A stretch of DNA of 64,000 nt from an uncultured archaeon (GTDB lineage: Archaea > Asgardarchaeota > Heimdallarchaeia > Heimdallarchaeales > Heimdallarchaeaceae), in contig CAZJUB010000004.1 in assembly GCA_964549075.1 (NCBI GenBank), forward strand, positions 4,314 through 68,313. Direction: 5' to 3'. Shown in pieces: positions 37,400-47,311 of the stretch (its first letter is position 1; every line of letters begins with the position of its first letter). The notes below the pieces were generated by a model. The model ran no database searches and was not told where the DNA came from. It worked only from the letters and a program-made list of their open reading frames with translations. The position numbers and the translations under genes were made by a program.

Positions 37400-38212
37400 T
37401 TAATCAATACTGTAGAAAATTTCTTTGTTCTTTTTTAAATAACCGAATCTCCAGAGCTTCTCAAGGACATCAACTAGATTATTGTAAAATTCTCTAATTT
37501 CTTCTGGTACTTTTAATGATATTTTTAGATTGTGTGTTGTTGCATAGTAATTAAAGTATTGATAATCAAAGAATTCTAACTCAGGTCTGAAGAATTCCCA
37601 ATCAATTAATTTGATTTGTTTATTAATAATGAAGTTAGGTGGGACTAAATCGCCATGAACAAATGTTAAATTCTCTTTATACTGATCAAGAATTTCCTCT
37701 TGTTTTTCCACCGATAATACTAGTTCATTGATTAGATCTTTAGGATAAACAAGACTAGAACTTCTATAAATTGAAATAAGATTTCTATAATATTCTATAA
37801 CTTGTTCTCTCGATGGTCCTAGATAAAGTCTAGCTTCATCATGTAATGCAGTTAAAGTTTTAGAAATCTTTTTTGTAAGAGGTTTAGTAATTTCGATATT
37901 AATAAGTTCTATACCATCAACATATTCGTAAACTATCAAATCAGGTTTTTTCATCCATATTAGATGTGAAGAATATGAACCTCCAAAAAGCTTTAACGCT
38001 TTAATTTCTCTTTCCATCCTATCTTCAGATTTAAAAATACTATCGTCTGGAAAGTATTTACATACAGCTAGAGGTTCAGAATTGTTTCCTTTTATTACTT
38101 GATTATTATTAAAATAACCTTTATCGAGATTTACCCATTGAAATTCTGAATGAGATTCAAAGTACTGTAACAGCGCTTCTTCAATTTCATTCTTTACTTG
38201 TTCTGAAATCAA
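37400..38212 (-). CDS. APH/choline-kinase-fold small-molecule kinase (possible thiamine kinase analog)
   Basis: 270 aa. Catalytic loop VHGDLVPPNFIINKQIKLIDWEF (HGDxxxxN plus IDWE). It overlaps the upstream ABC ATPase gene by 4 bp. Confidence 0.6.
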   Translation of the reverse strand: MISEQVKNEIEEALLQYFESHSEFQWVNLDKGYFNNNQVIKGNNSEPLAVCKYFPDDSIFKSEDRMEREIKALKLFGGSYSSHLIWMKKPDLIVYEYVDGIELINIEITKPLTKKISKTLTALHDEARLYLGPSREQVIEYYRNLISIYRSSSLVYPKDLINELVLSVEKQEEILDQYKENLTFVHGDLVPPNFIINKQIKLIDWEFFRPELEFFDYQYFNYYATTHNLKISLKVPEEIREFYNNLVDVLEKLWRFGYLKKNKEIFYSID

Positions 38213-39282
38213 ATTAGAACTACATCCTTAGGTGTTATAGCTAGTGTGATACTAGTATCGACATTTAATTCTTTATTGATTTGATCTCTTAAACAATCTA
38301 CTTTAATATATTCTGAAAGTGTGTCTTTGATATCAACAATTAACCTAAATGTTTCATCATCTAACTCTACAACAGACTTAACTGTTCCTTGAAAAATAAT
38401 TAAATCATCTTTATTCTTAGTTTTATCAGAATAAATTGAAAATGAAGATGGATTTATTTTAATCCCTGAGATTTTTGATTGAATTTTTCTATCCAGTTGA
38501 ATTTTTCCTATTGGAACTGAAAGAATACTACCTTTTTTATCTTTTGTAATAAACTCTACAGGCCAAACATTATCTATACCCATGATTTTTGCTACAAGAT
38601 AATTCAATGGTTTTTGGTCGATTTCCAATAATTTTCCTATCTGTTGAATTTTTCCATCATACATCACTGCTACTCTATCACTGATTAGACGAGCTTCATC
38701 ACTACTGTGTGTAACATAGATAGTGGTTGTCTGTGTTTGTTTTTGAATACGTCTAATTGAAAGAGCTAAAGATTCTCTTCCAGAAGCATCGATGCTTGAC
38801 AAAGGTTCATCTAGAAGGAGCACTTCAGGTTCAATCGCCATCGCTCTAGCCAGAGCAACTCTCTGTTTTTGTCCGCCACTAATTTCTCGAGAAAATCTTG
38901 AAAATAATTCTCTTATTTGAGTAAGATTAGCAATCCACTCCAATTTTGATTCTACTTGTTCTTTACTAAGTTTTCTTGCTTCAAGACCAAATTTTATATT
39001 ATCTTCGACCGTCATATGCGGGAAGAGAACCTGGGCTTGAGGAACATAACCGATTTTCCTTTTTTGAGGAGGGAGATTTGTTATCTCTTCCTTATTAAAG
39101 TAAATATGTCCTGTTTCAGGTTCTATAATCCCTGCTATAATCTTTAATAATGTAGATTTTCCACAGCCAGATTCCCCCAAAATAACCAACAGTTCTCCGT
39201 TGTGAATATTAAGGTTTAGACCATCTAAAATATATTTCTTCTCATATTTCATGGACACTTCATTAATACTCACATTTACCAT
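38209..39282 (-). CDS. ABC transporter ATP-binding protein with a C-terminal TOBE/MOP-like domain (FbpC/ThiQ/PotA type)
   Basis: Walker A GESGCGKST. Signature LSGGQKQRVALARA. Walker B LLLDEP. About 120-aa C-terminal extension. Confidence 0.85.
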   Translation of the reverse strand: MVNVSINEVSMKYEKKYILDGLNLNIHNGELLVILGESGCGKSTLLKIIAGIIEPETGHIYFNKEEITNLPPQKRKIGYVPQAQVLFPHMTVEDNIKFGLEARKLSKEQVESKLEWIANLTQIRELFSRFSREISGGQKQRVALARAMAIEPEVLLLDEPLSSIDASGRESLALSIRRIQKQTQTTTIYVTHSSDEARLISDRVAVMYDGKIQQIGKLLEIDQKPLNYLVAKIMGIDNVWPVEFITKDKKGSILSVPIGKIQLDRKIQSKISGIKINPSSFSIYSDKTKNKDDLIIFQGTVKSVVELDDETFRLIVDIKDTLSEYIKVDCLRDQINKELNVDTSITLAITPKDVVLI

Positions 39283-39285
39283 TTT

Positions 39286-41034
39286 TTACACCTTAAGTTC
39301 AATTTCTCCTAATTTATGAATTCCGTAGAAGCAAAGTAAAGTCACAACTATTAAAAGACTAGCCATTGCTAAAGGAATTTGCAATGTTTGCGTTGAGATT
39401 GAATCATATATTCCAATGGAGAGAGTCTTAAATTTGTCTCTTGCAAGAAAATATGTTGCTCCAAATTCCCCAAGGCTAATTGCAAAAGAAAACAAACCTC
39501 CAACAATTATTCCTCTATAAATCATCGGAAAGATTATTTTTCTGAAATTTCTAAATTTAGACGCTCCTAATGTGGAAGCTACATTTAGTAATTCGACATC
39601 TATTCTGTTGTATGCTGATAAAATAGTTCTAGTTGCAAAAGGAATACTAATTATTACATGAGATACTATTACAAAAAACCAAACAGCTGTATTAAAAAGA
39701 TTGGAATTTCCATATTGCAGAAAAACTCCCGTTGCAAGGGTTATTGAAGAAGTAGCCATTGGTAGTATAATTAGATATGAAATCAAATTATCGACTCTTG
39801 AAGATCTATATTTCTGAAGACTTTGGAATCTATTTCTAAGTATAAAAACAATAATCATAGAGAGAATCAATGTTACTAGCGTAGAAATTGAAGCTAAAAA
39901 GAGAGTATTTCTTAAGAGAACAAGAGGATTAGCATGCAATACGCTAATTACTTTGTTAGAAAAAAATTCTTTGTATCCGAATAGGATAGTATTTCCAGTT
40001 TTATCTGGAATAAAGGATCTTATTATCACCGCTAAAATAGGTAAAAACGTGAATAAGCCTATCAAGGTAATAAATAAAATTACCATTATATTTCTTAATA
40101 TAATTCTCCAATTCTGATTTCTGAATTTGAACTTGATTGTTTTAAAACTTGATTCCTTTCCCTCAGCTGAATGCCTAGATTTTCTATCAAACATTATATA
40201 TAAAATTATAACTAGACTGTTCAGAATCAGCTGTAGGAGAGCCAAGAAACTTGCTCCCGTGTAATTATTTGCTCCTTTAAATTCTTTGTAAATCTGAACT
40301 TCAATTGTATTGTATATCGGACTTGCTAATTTTAACACTATTGCAAAGCTGTTGAAAGTATACACAAATACTAACAGAGTAGCAGCAACAATTGAATTCA
40401 TTATCTGAGGTGCAATTATTTTTCGTAGAATTCGGAATTTGCTTGCTCCTAAAGTACTAGAGACTTCTACTTGATCATAATCCACATTCTGCCAAGCAGG
40501 TATTGTCAATCTTATTATTACTGATAAATTATAAAATACATGAGCTAAGATTATGCCTTCTACGGTTCCAAAAATCGAAATAATTGGATTTGTACTATTT
40601 GTAATTGATTCCCATATAGTGTTTACCCATCCTGAGTTTCCATATGTTACAAGAAAACCAGCTAAGACAACAATAGGAGGAAGAACGAACGGAATAGTTA
40701 ATAAATTAACCAGTATTTCCTTACCTTTAAAATTATATTTAGCTAGAAAATATCCAGCTGGTAGTCCTATAAGTAAACATAATATTGAAGATATGAAAGC
40801 TTGTAAAAAAGTGAAACCTATAGCATACAGATTGACTTTATTGGTAATAGTTTCCTTTAAAATTAAGCCAAGTGGTTCTGTTCCAGAAGTGAAACTGTAT
40901 TCAAAAATCCTGATGAGAGGAATATAAAAAAAAGCTAATAAAAAAGAGAGAAGAAGAATTACAGCTAAAGCCATTATCAATTTGCTATATAGCTCATTCT
41001 TAGATTCTGCAATTCCTCTTAAATTTGCGAACAT
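39286..41034 (-). CDS. ABC transporter permease, fused double (12-TM) ThiP/FbpB type
   Basis: 582 aa with two tandem six-TM ABC permease modules. This architecture is characteristic of thiamine (ThiP) and Fe3+ (FbpB) importers. Confidence 0.75.
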   Translation of the reverse strand: MFANLRGIAESKNELYSKLIMALAVILLLSFLLAFFYIPLIRIFEYSFTSGTEPLGLILKETITNKVNLYAIGFTFLQAFISSILCLLIGLPAGYFLAKYNFKGKEILVNLLTIPFVLPPIVVLAGFLVTYGNSGWVNTIWESITNSTNPIISIFGTVEGIILAHVFYNLSVIIRLTIPAWQNVDYDQVEVSSTLGASKFRILRKIIAPQIMNSIVAATLLVFVYTFNSFAIVLKLASPIYNTIEVQIYKEFKGANNYTGASFLALLQLILNSLVIILYIMFDRKSRHSAEGKESSFKTIKFKFRNQNWRIILRNIMVILFITLIGLFTFLPILAVIIRSFIPDKTGNTILFGYKEFFSNKVISVLHANPLVLLRNTLFLASISTLVTLILSMIIVFILRNRFQSLQKYRSSRVDNLISYLIILPMATSSITLATGVFLQYGNSNLFNTAVWFFVIVSHVIISIPFATRTILSAYNRIDVELLNVASTLGASKFRNFRKIIFPMIYRGIIVGGLFSFAISLGEFGATYFLARDKFKTLSIGIYDSISTQTLQIPLAMASLLIVVTLLCFYGIHKLGEIELKV

Positions 41035-41046
41035 TTTCAGTCTCTT

Positions 41047-42297
41047 CTACAGCTTTTTTCTCTTTTTAATCATTACATAAACCATTGTACTTGTAAGTAA
41101 GGTAAACAGTAAGAGTACTGGAGAACCAAATGATGCAACTTCTGCTTCCCAATCATCTAACCAGTTATCTAAGTTATCTCGTATCATCTCAGGAGTAAGG
41201 ATGTCATTCAAAATCACATCAATGGAATCTGGATTAATAGAATTATTAGCAAAACAAGATGGGATTTCAGCTTGTATGTTTGCAGGGTACATCCAATTAT
41301 TTAATGGTATATTGTCTTGTAATTCTTTATCTAAGAACCAGTCTATGAATTTCTTTGCTTCTGCAGTATGAGGTGCATCTTTAACTAGGCCTATTCCTTC
41401 TATTTGAAGCCAGGCGTTTGACATTATAACTGTCAATTGTGTTGGATTCTCATGTGATACAACAGCTGCAGAAGGAGGAGGATTTCCTTCTCCAACGCCA
41501 TATTCTGGGTGACAAACATCATAAGCAGGACTGGTGCCATATGAAATCATTATTGGACGATTTTCTTCTGGAGTGTAATAGATACTAAAAGCATCACTCC
41601 AACTTGAAGTTATTCGCAAATCTTTCTTTGCATCACCCCACCAATCTCTCCAATCTTGTCCTAAGACTCCTTCAAAATTAATTTTTGGGTCACCATATAT
41701 TGCTATGGTCCAAAGCAAAAATCCTAAGCCAGGAGAACTTAAAGTTGGATCTTCAACAACTAATTTTTTATCAAGATTATACTTGAGTATATCACCTAAT
41801 TTAAGATATTCTAATTCTGGATTAGTAGTAAAATTGATACGATTTAAATCAAACCAGAGAGCTATTATACCATAATCATATGGTAAAAGATATTTCTCTG
41901 GATCGAGGTTGGTAATTAGATTTGAGGAAATGTTAACTAAGGATGGTGAGTTGTAAATCTCAAGTATCCCTTCATCTTTTGCTTTATGTATCAATACATT
42001 ATCTAAACCAATCAACACATCAGCTGTAGGAGAATCTTTTTCTAAAATCGCTTTAGAAAGTATTGTATTTGCATCTTCCATATACACTACTTTTATTGAA
42101 TCAGCTGATATACCACTATAAGTAGCATAAGCGGAGACAAAGTCATATCCAGGGTCTGCTAAAAGAGATTCATATGTATAGATTACAAGAGAGTAGTCTT
42201 CTGCATTAACCACTGTAGTTCCTTTAGTCTGGTGGACCGGAAGTAATAAAGAAGTGAATAATATAAGAATTATGAAAACTCTTTTCATGATTATCAT
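41047..42297 (-). CDS. Substrate-binding protein of the ThiB(TbpA)/FbpA family, with an N-terminal signal and a C-terminal TM anchor
   Basis: 416 aa. LVIYTYESLLADPGYD...ADVLIGLDNVLI resembles, from memory, the TbpA/ThiB N-terminal blocks VYTYDSF...ADVVLGLDNNLL. The C-terminal hydrophobic stretch LLLFTLLTSTMVYVMI plus KKRKKL is typical of archaeal SBP anchors. Confidence 0.6.
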   Translation of the reverse strand: MIIMKRVFIILILFTSLLLPVHQTKGTTVVNAEDYSLVIYTYESLLADPGYDFVSAYATYSGISADSIKVVYMEDANTILSKAILEKDSPTADVLIGLDNVLIHKAKDEGILEIYNSPSLVNISSNLITNLDPEKYLLPYDYGIIALWFDLNRINFTTNPELEYLKLGDILKYNLDKKLVVEDPTLSSPGLGFLLWTIAIYGDPKINFEGVLGQDWRDWWGDAKKDLRITSSWSDAFSIYYTPEENRPIMISYGTSPAYDVCHPEYGVGEGNPPPSAAVVSHENPTQLTVIMSNAWLQIEGIGLVKDAPHTAEAKKFIDWFLDKELQDNIPLNNWMYPANIQAEIPSCFANNSINPDSIDVILNDILTPEMIRDNLDNWLDDWEAEVASFGSPVLLLFTLLTSTMVYVMIKKRKKL

Positions 42298-42358
42298 GTT
42301 TATCTAGAGATCAGAGATTTTAAATCTTAGCTTCACTATATAGGTGACCTATATTTTT

Positions 42359-43267
42359 TTATTTTAAAAGCATAACCAATCTCAATAGATCTTTTTGATC
42401 TATAGCAAATAGATATGCGATTGATTCAAATCCAGAACTTGCTTCATCTATTATAGCATTCACATTAACTAATTTATTTCCTTTCTCGAGTTCTTTTAAG
42501 ACCTTATCAGTTGCTAAATCAAGATGCTTAGTTTCTATGAATTTGATGTTTTTTTCTTCAAACAATTTTTTGAGTTTATCTTTTGTTTTAATGCTTAAAA
42601 TCCAATTAATATCTGGACGATTATTCTTAAACCAAAGAAGTAATGAAGATGAGGTTTTTGAAGAGCCAAACTCAGGGGGATGAACATTCATGATTTGATC
42701 CTTTACCTTGATAATTCTGCCAGGAAAACTTGCCACATCATCTAATGCACTAGCTTCTGAATCACAACAAGCTAACTGTGATCCTATCTCTGGAATCCAT
42801 TGATGAAAGTTTTGATTTCTCTTTATTTCTTCAAATACTTCTTCTAAGGCACTCAAAATAGAAGTTCTTTTTTCTGAAGATGGAAGATATTCTGTCCCAT
42901 GGCAAATAGTACAAATTTTGATATGTGCAATTTCTTGCAGAATCTCTTTATGGATAGAGCAGATAGGGCCACTTACTCTCAAAGATTTGCATTTTAAACA
43001 TATTGTCTTCATCACTTCATCTATACTCACTTTAGACACAATCATATCAGAGACAGAATTAGCTAGAGAATCTAGATGAAAATTTATTCTTTCATCTCCT
43101 GTGTCTTCAATATTCTTTTGAAGATACGAAACAATAACCGGTTGTTTTACACCTAATATCTTAGCTATTTCATTTTGTGAAAAACCTTGATTTCTAAGAT
43201 TATGAGTGACTCTTACTCTTAATCCAGGTAAGAATGACGAAGAAACAAATTCACAAGGAAACCTCAT
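42359..43267 (-). CDS. Putative transcription regulator: N-terminal HTH, central zinc ribbon, C-terminal ligand-binding-like domain. A ThiN-type domain is a speculative candidate.
   Basis: 302 aa. HTH reads GFSQNEIAKILGVKQPVIVSYL. Cys cluster is CLKCKS...CSIH...CTICHG. It sits at the head of the co-oriented ABC importer cluster. Confidence 0.35.
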   Translation of the reverse strand: MRFPCEFVSSSFLPGLRVRVTHNLRNQGFSQNEIAKILGVKQPVIVSYLQKNIEDTGDERINFHLDSLANSVSDMIVSKVSIDEVMKTICLKCKSLRVSGPICSIHKEILQEIAHIKICTICHGTEYLPSSEKRTSILSALEEVFEEIKRNQNFHQWIPEIGSQLACCDSEASALDDVASFPGRIIKVKDQIMNVHPPEFGSSKTSSSLLLWFKNNRPDINWILSIKTKDKLKKLFEEKNIKFIETKHLDLATDKVLKELEKGNKLVNVNAIIDEASSGFESIAYLFAIDQKDLLRLVMLLK

Positions 43268-43329
43268 AAAACCATCAATATAAGCTCTATATAGGGGGAC
43301 TATTTATTCTTTTTAAGATTTGCTGAATC

Positions 43330-43524
43330 ATGTTAAAAAGAGGAAAGCATATAAAGAACTTCTGCACTCTTAGAGATAGAATGACAGTTTTAAGTGCTAT
43401 TCTTGGATCAATTACTTTCTTACTAATTACTGTAGCTTTTACATTTATTACTTGGTGGTTATTTCGATATGCTCTAAGAGAAAAACCTGAAGAAGAAAAT
43501 AATAATGTAAAAAATGTTACTTAA
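43330..43524 (+). CDS. Small hypothetical membrane peptide
   Basis: 64-aa ORF with one TM helix. The coding status is uncertain. Confidence 0.25.
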   Translation: MLKRGKHIKNFCTLRDRMTVLSAILGSITFLLITVAFTFITWWLFRYALREKPEEENNNVKNVT

Positions 43525-43661
43525 GAACGGCTTATTTTCTTTCTATTACTCGTTTAATTTGATTTAATACTATTTAAGGAAATTTAATAAAGGTGTCAGT
43601 AAAAATTAAATAGATTAAATAAGTTATAATAATGTAAACTAATTAAACTGGTTAGAGCAAA

Positions 43662-44558
43662 ATGAATTCTGCGAATGATATAGACTTTAGCGGAAAAATA
43701 GTATATTTAGAACAGATATTCAAAATTGCTCAAGATAGGCGATATAGTACAGCAATTGATGTATGGGCTATAGTTTTAGATGCAGAATTTTCTAATAGAA
43801 GATATCATAGTTTAGATGGTAGAGAGATCTATGGAATTACTGCTGCAGATATTGCTTCAAGTCTAAATATGCATCTAAGTTCAGTATATCATAATCTAAA
43901 AATCTTACAATCAGAAGATTTAGACCTCCTTAATACAGAGGATTTGATAATTTATAATGAAAAAGGAAGGAGAGTACAACAAAAGGTCTACCAGATACCG
44001 AGGATATATTATGACGAATTCCAACTTGTCCTCAAAGAACTACAGGACGAAGGTTTTCAATATCCTCATCGATTATTTACTTTTTTTAATATTTTAAAAA
44101 TCAGAGGGATTCTTGCTCATTATGCTGCTCTTCTTCACAAAGATCGAGTATTAGTAATAAATGAAATTGAAGAAGTTGAAGATTGGTATCATACTTGGTT
44201 AGATCCTATTAAAATTAAAAATAATGTTGTCGCTCCTGGAGTGATTTACAAATTTACAATAGATGATATGAGAAAAATTTTACCTCAGATCATAGAATTG
44301 CTTGATAAGAATGTAAATAGTTATACTGATGAACATGAAGCAAAAGGGATTATGCCAATTTCCTTTAGTTATTTATTGTTTGTACCTTATAACGAGATTA
44401 TGAGAGAAGGCGAATGGTTAAATAGAGATGAGTTTGAGGAAAGAGTAGCTGAAAATATGATAAAAATAGCAAATGGCGAAATAAAAGAATGCGAAAAAGA
44501 TCATCAAATATTTTTTAAGTATGGTCTAGCTTGCCCTGTGTGCGGAGAAAAACCTTAA
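43662..44558 (+). CDS. Hypothetical protein with an N-terminal HTH-like segment and a C-terminal CxxC pair
   Basis: 298-aa ORF. IASSLNMHLSSVYHNLKILQSE is HTH-like. It ends with CPVCGEKP. Confidence 0.4.
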   Translation: MNSANDIDFSGKIVYLEQIFKIAQDRRYSTAIDVWAIVLDAEFSNRRYHSLDGREIYGITAADIASSLNMHLSSVYHNLKILQSEDLDLLNTEDLIIYNEKGRRVQQKVYQIPRIYYDEFQLVLKELQDEGFQYPHRLFTFFNILKIRGILAHYAALLHKDRVLVINEIEEVEDWYHTWLDPIKIKNNVVAPGVIYKFTIDDMRKILPQIIELLDKNVNSYTDEHEAKGIMPISFSYLLFVPYNEIMREGEWLNRDEFEERVAENMIKIANGEIKECEKDHQIFFKYGLACPVCGEKP

Positions 44559-44560
44559 TT

Positions 44561-45331
44561 TTATCCTAATATTTGTCCAGAATCGACTCTTATTATTTGT
44601 CCTTGAATATGTTTTGTTTCTAGAAGGAGTTTGATCAAAGGATATATGTCTTCAGGATACAATGTTTGATTCAAAGGATTTTTTTGAAGTATTCCTTGTT
44701 GTATTTCTTCCAATGCTTTTCCTGTTTCTTCAGACTTTTTCTCGATTTCTTGGATATGTCTTTCAGTCATTACATAACCAGGCGAGATAGTATTTGTAAT
44801 AATTTTATATTCTGATCCTTCTTGAGCAAAGAACCAAGTCATAGCATGGATGCCAGCTTTTGCGATACCATAAGGTAATTTTTTGTTGGAAGGTTTAAAT
44901 CCTGTAGTTGAACCGAAGAGAATAATGTTTCCTCCACCTGTTGTTTGCATCCATTTCAGCGTTTCTTTCCCAATCAAAAATGCTGAATCAAGATTTATTG
45001 AAATAACCTTTCTATATTCTTCATAATTTAATTCAGTTGTTTTTTTACTATACAAACTTCCTCCTACCAGATGTATCATACCATCTAACTTTGCATATGA
45101 CTCTTTCATTTTTTTAAATGCTTCTGCAACTTCATTTTCAACAGTACAGTCACAAATAAAAAAAGATACATCAAATCCTTGAGACTTAAGTTCATCAAAA
45201 TATTCTTTACTGTGTTCAGTTCCTATTCCTAGTAAGGAATACCCATCTTGGATTAGAAGTTTGGAGATTATTTTACCAATACCACTCCCTGGAGCAGCTA
45301 GTAAAATCGTTTTGCTATTTTCATTTGGCAT
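44561..45331 (-). CDS. Short-chain dehydrogenase/reductase (SDR) family oxidoreductase
   Basis: Rossmann motif AAPGSGIGKII. Catalytic YGIAKAG (YxxxK). 256 aa. Confidence 0.8.
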   Translation of the reverse strand: MPNENSKTILLAAPGSGIGKIISKLLIQDGYSLLGIGTEHSKEYFDELKSQGFDVSFFICDCTVENEVAEAFKKMKESYAKLDGMIHLVGGSLYSKKTTELNYEEYRKVISINLDSAFLIGKETLKWMQTTGGGNIILFGSTTGFKPSNKKLPYGIAKAGIHAMTWFFAQEGSEYKIITNTISPGYVMTERHIQEIEKKSEETGKALEEIQQGILQKNPLNQTLYPEDIYPLIKLLLETKHIQGQIIRVDSGQILG

Positions 45332-45437
45332 AATTCTCTATATACCTCTCATTTTTCTTAAAATAAGTATTATCTTCAAACCAAATTTCAAGAGAGCATA
45401 AGATTTAAGGCAGTTTATTACTATTATTATAACAGAG

Positions 45438-46097
45438 TTGATGAAAATGGAAACAGAGATAATTACACTAAATGAATACCAACTCAATCTTAACAAACTT
45501 CGTGACGCTGCAAATTATGTATTAGATGGACAGGTAATTGCTTTTCCAACAGATACAATATATGGAATAGGATGTGATGTATTTAATACTGAAGCAGTAG
45601 AAAAGATCTATACATTAAAACAAAGGCCAAAAAATAAACCTATCAATGTTTTAATCTCTGAAGTAAATCAAGTCTATGATGTAGCACGGGATATTAAACC
45701 ACTATTTTTTGAACTTGCAACACGTTTCTGGCCAGGAGGATTAACCATAATTGTAGAAAAAAACAGAAGTGTCCCTGAAGTAGTTACTTCAAAACTTAAT
45801 TTTGTTGGTGTAAGAATGCCAAGAAATAATATCGTTCAACAACTAATTAAACTAGCTTATACTCCTCTAGCTGCTACAAGTGCTAACATTTCCGAACAAC
45901 CTGATTCTAAAACAGCAGAAAACGTTCTAGAGTATTTTGAAGGAAAGATTCCTTGTTTAATCGATGGAGGTCCTACAGAATTAGGCAAACCTTCAACAAT
46001 TCTTGATATTTCAGGTAAAACTCCAAAGATTGTCAGATCAGGTGTAATTTCTGGAGATATGTTAAGAGAAATCATTCCAAAACTTAAGGGAAAGTGA
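45438..46097 (+). CDS. tsaC: L-threonylcarbamoyladenylate synthase (TsaC/YrdC/Sua5 family)
   Basis: YrdC-domain motifs VIAFPTDTIYGIGCD and PLAATSANIS. 219 aa, single-domain. Confidence 0.8.
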   Translation: MMKMETEIITLNEYQLNLNKLRDAANYVLDGQVIAFPTDTIYGIGCDVFNTEAVEKIYTLKQRPKNKPINVLISEVNQVYDVARDIKPLFFELATRFWPGGLTIIVEKNRSVPEVVTSKLNFVGVRMPRNNIVQQLIKLAYTPLAATSANISEQPDSKTAENVLEYFEGKIPCLIDGGPTELGKPSTILDISGKTPKIVRSGVISGDMLREIIPKLKGK

Positions 46098-46154
46098 AAA
46101 AAGTAAAAAATGTTTAAATAAAATGTTTTTAAGTATCTTATATCATATTACTAG

Positions 46155-46811
46155 GTGATAAGAATGAGAACTGAAGTTATTTTTTGGGATGTTGATACAC
46201 AAAGAGATTTTATGGATCCAGATGGCAAATTGTATGTAAAAGGAGCGGAGAATCTTAAAGAAAACTTGGAGAAATTAACTCAGTTTGCGAATATTAATAG
46301 AATTCGTATCTTAGGTACTGTAGATTATCATTCTGAAGTAGATCCCGAGATAGAAAAGGACAATCCTGATTTTAATGAAACTTTCCCTCCCCATTGTATG
46401 CAGAATGATTCAGGACAAGAGAAGATTTTGGAGACAAGATCAGAGTTAACTAACTGGATAGATCCAATCACATACCCTGAGGAGAAAATCGATCAAATTT
46501 TAGAATCTAAAGGACCTATTATTTTTAGAAAAACAACCTTTGATGGCTTCTCAAATCCTAATGTTATAACATTTATTAGTAAAATAAAACCACAAAAAGT
46601 AGTAGTTTATGGAGTAGCTATTGATTATTGTGTAAAAACTGCTATAGAAGGTCTATTGAATTTTGGAGATTTAGAGATCTATTTAGTAATCGATGCAATA
46701 GAAGGGATTAATGAAGAAAATTCTCTTAAATTAATTGAAGACTGGATACAGAAAGGCATAAAAACTGTCACAACTGAAGCAGTTCTAAAAGGGTATGTCC
46801 ATGGTTCTTAG
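46155..46811 (+). CDS. Isochorismatase-family cysteine hydrolase (nicotinamidase PncA-like)
   Basis: VIFWDVDTQRDF, FPPHC and VVVYGVAIDYCVKTA match the isochorismatase/nicotinamidase active-site pattern. Confidence 0.65.
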   Translation: MIRMRTEVIFWDVDTQRDFMDPDGKLYVKGAENLKENLEKLTQFANINRIRILGTVDYHSEVDPEIEKDNPDFNETFPPHCMQNDSGQEKILETRSELTNWIDPITYPEEKIDQILESKGPIIFRKTTFDGFSNPNVITFISKIKPQKVVVYGVAIDYCVKTAIEGLLNFGDLEIYLVIDAIEGINEENSLKLIEDWIQKGIKTVTTEAVLKGYVHGS

Positions 46812-47143
46812 AATGTTAGTTGATGCCACCCCTCTTTTAACATATCAGAAACAAAAGAACCAACATATCTAACATCAATACCTATTTCTTCTAACTGCTT
46901 ACTAACTTCAAAATGATCACTACAAGATTTACACGCATAGACTTCAATTCCCTCATCCAATAACATTCGAATTTCCTCTTGGAATTCTAAATCTTCTAAA
47001 ATTAATTTCTCTGTAGGTCCCCAAAGAATAACTCTGACTTGATCCATCCAACCTTTGGTTTTGGAGTTGAAAGAATATGGGAAGCTTAGTTCTCTATGAA
47101 CAACAGAATCTGCACTACTTAAAATCAAAAAAACTTTATTCAT
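46808..47143 (-). CDS. DsrE/DsrF-like small protein, tentative
   Basis: 111 aa with VYACKSC and a DsrE-like alpha/beta pattern. A TATA-like TTTAAAT lies ~25 bp upstream. Confidence 0.4.
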   Translation of the reverse strand: MNKVFLILSSADSVVHRELSFPYSFNSKTKGWMDQVRVILWGPTEKLILEDLEFQEEIRMLLDEGIEVYACKSCSDHFEVSKQLEEIGIDVRYVGSFVSDMLKEGWHQLTF

Positions 47144-47311
47144 AATATCTCTAAAGCTAAGCAGATTTAAATCTGTTAGGATTTATCAGTTTTTTACATA
47201 AACAAACTTTGATGTTAATTAGACTGATTCAAACATAAATAAATAAAAACTAGTTAAAAATTTACTAATTTCGTTTCAATAAAAATTTATATGTAACGAA
47301 TCTTTTTTCTC

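Noticed and set aside
47162-47175. Perfect palindrome CAGATTTAAATCTG ~25 bp upstream of the DsrE-like gene
   Set aside because: The core TTTAAAT is itself a good archaeal TATA box at the expected distance from the start codon. The symmetry is probably incidental to the promoter element rather than an operator.
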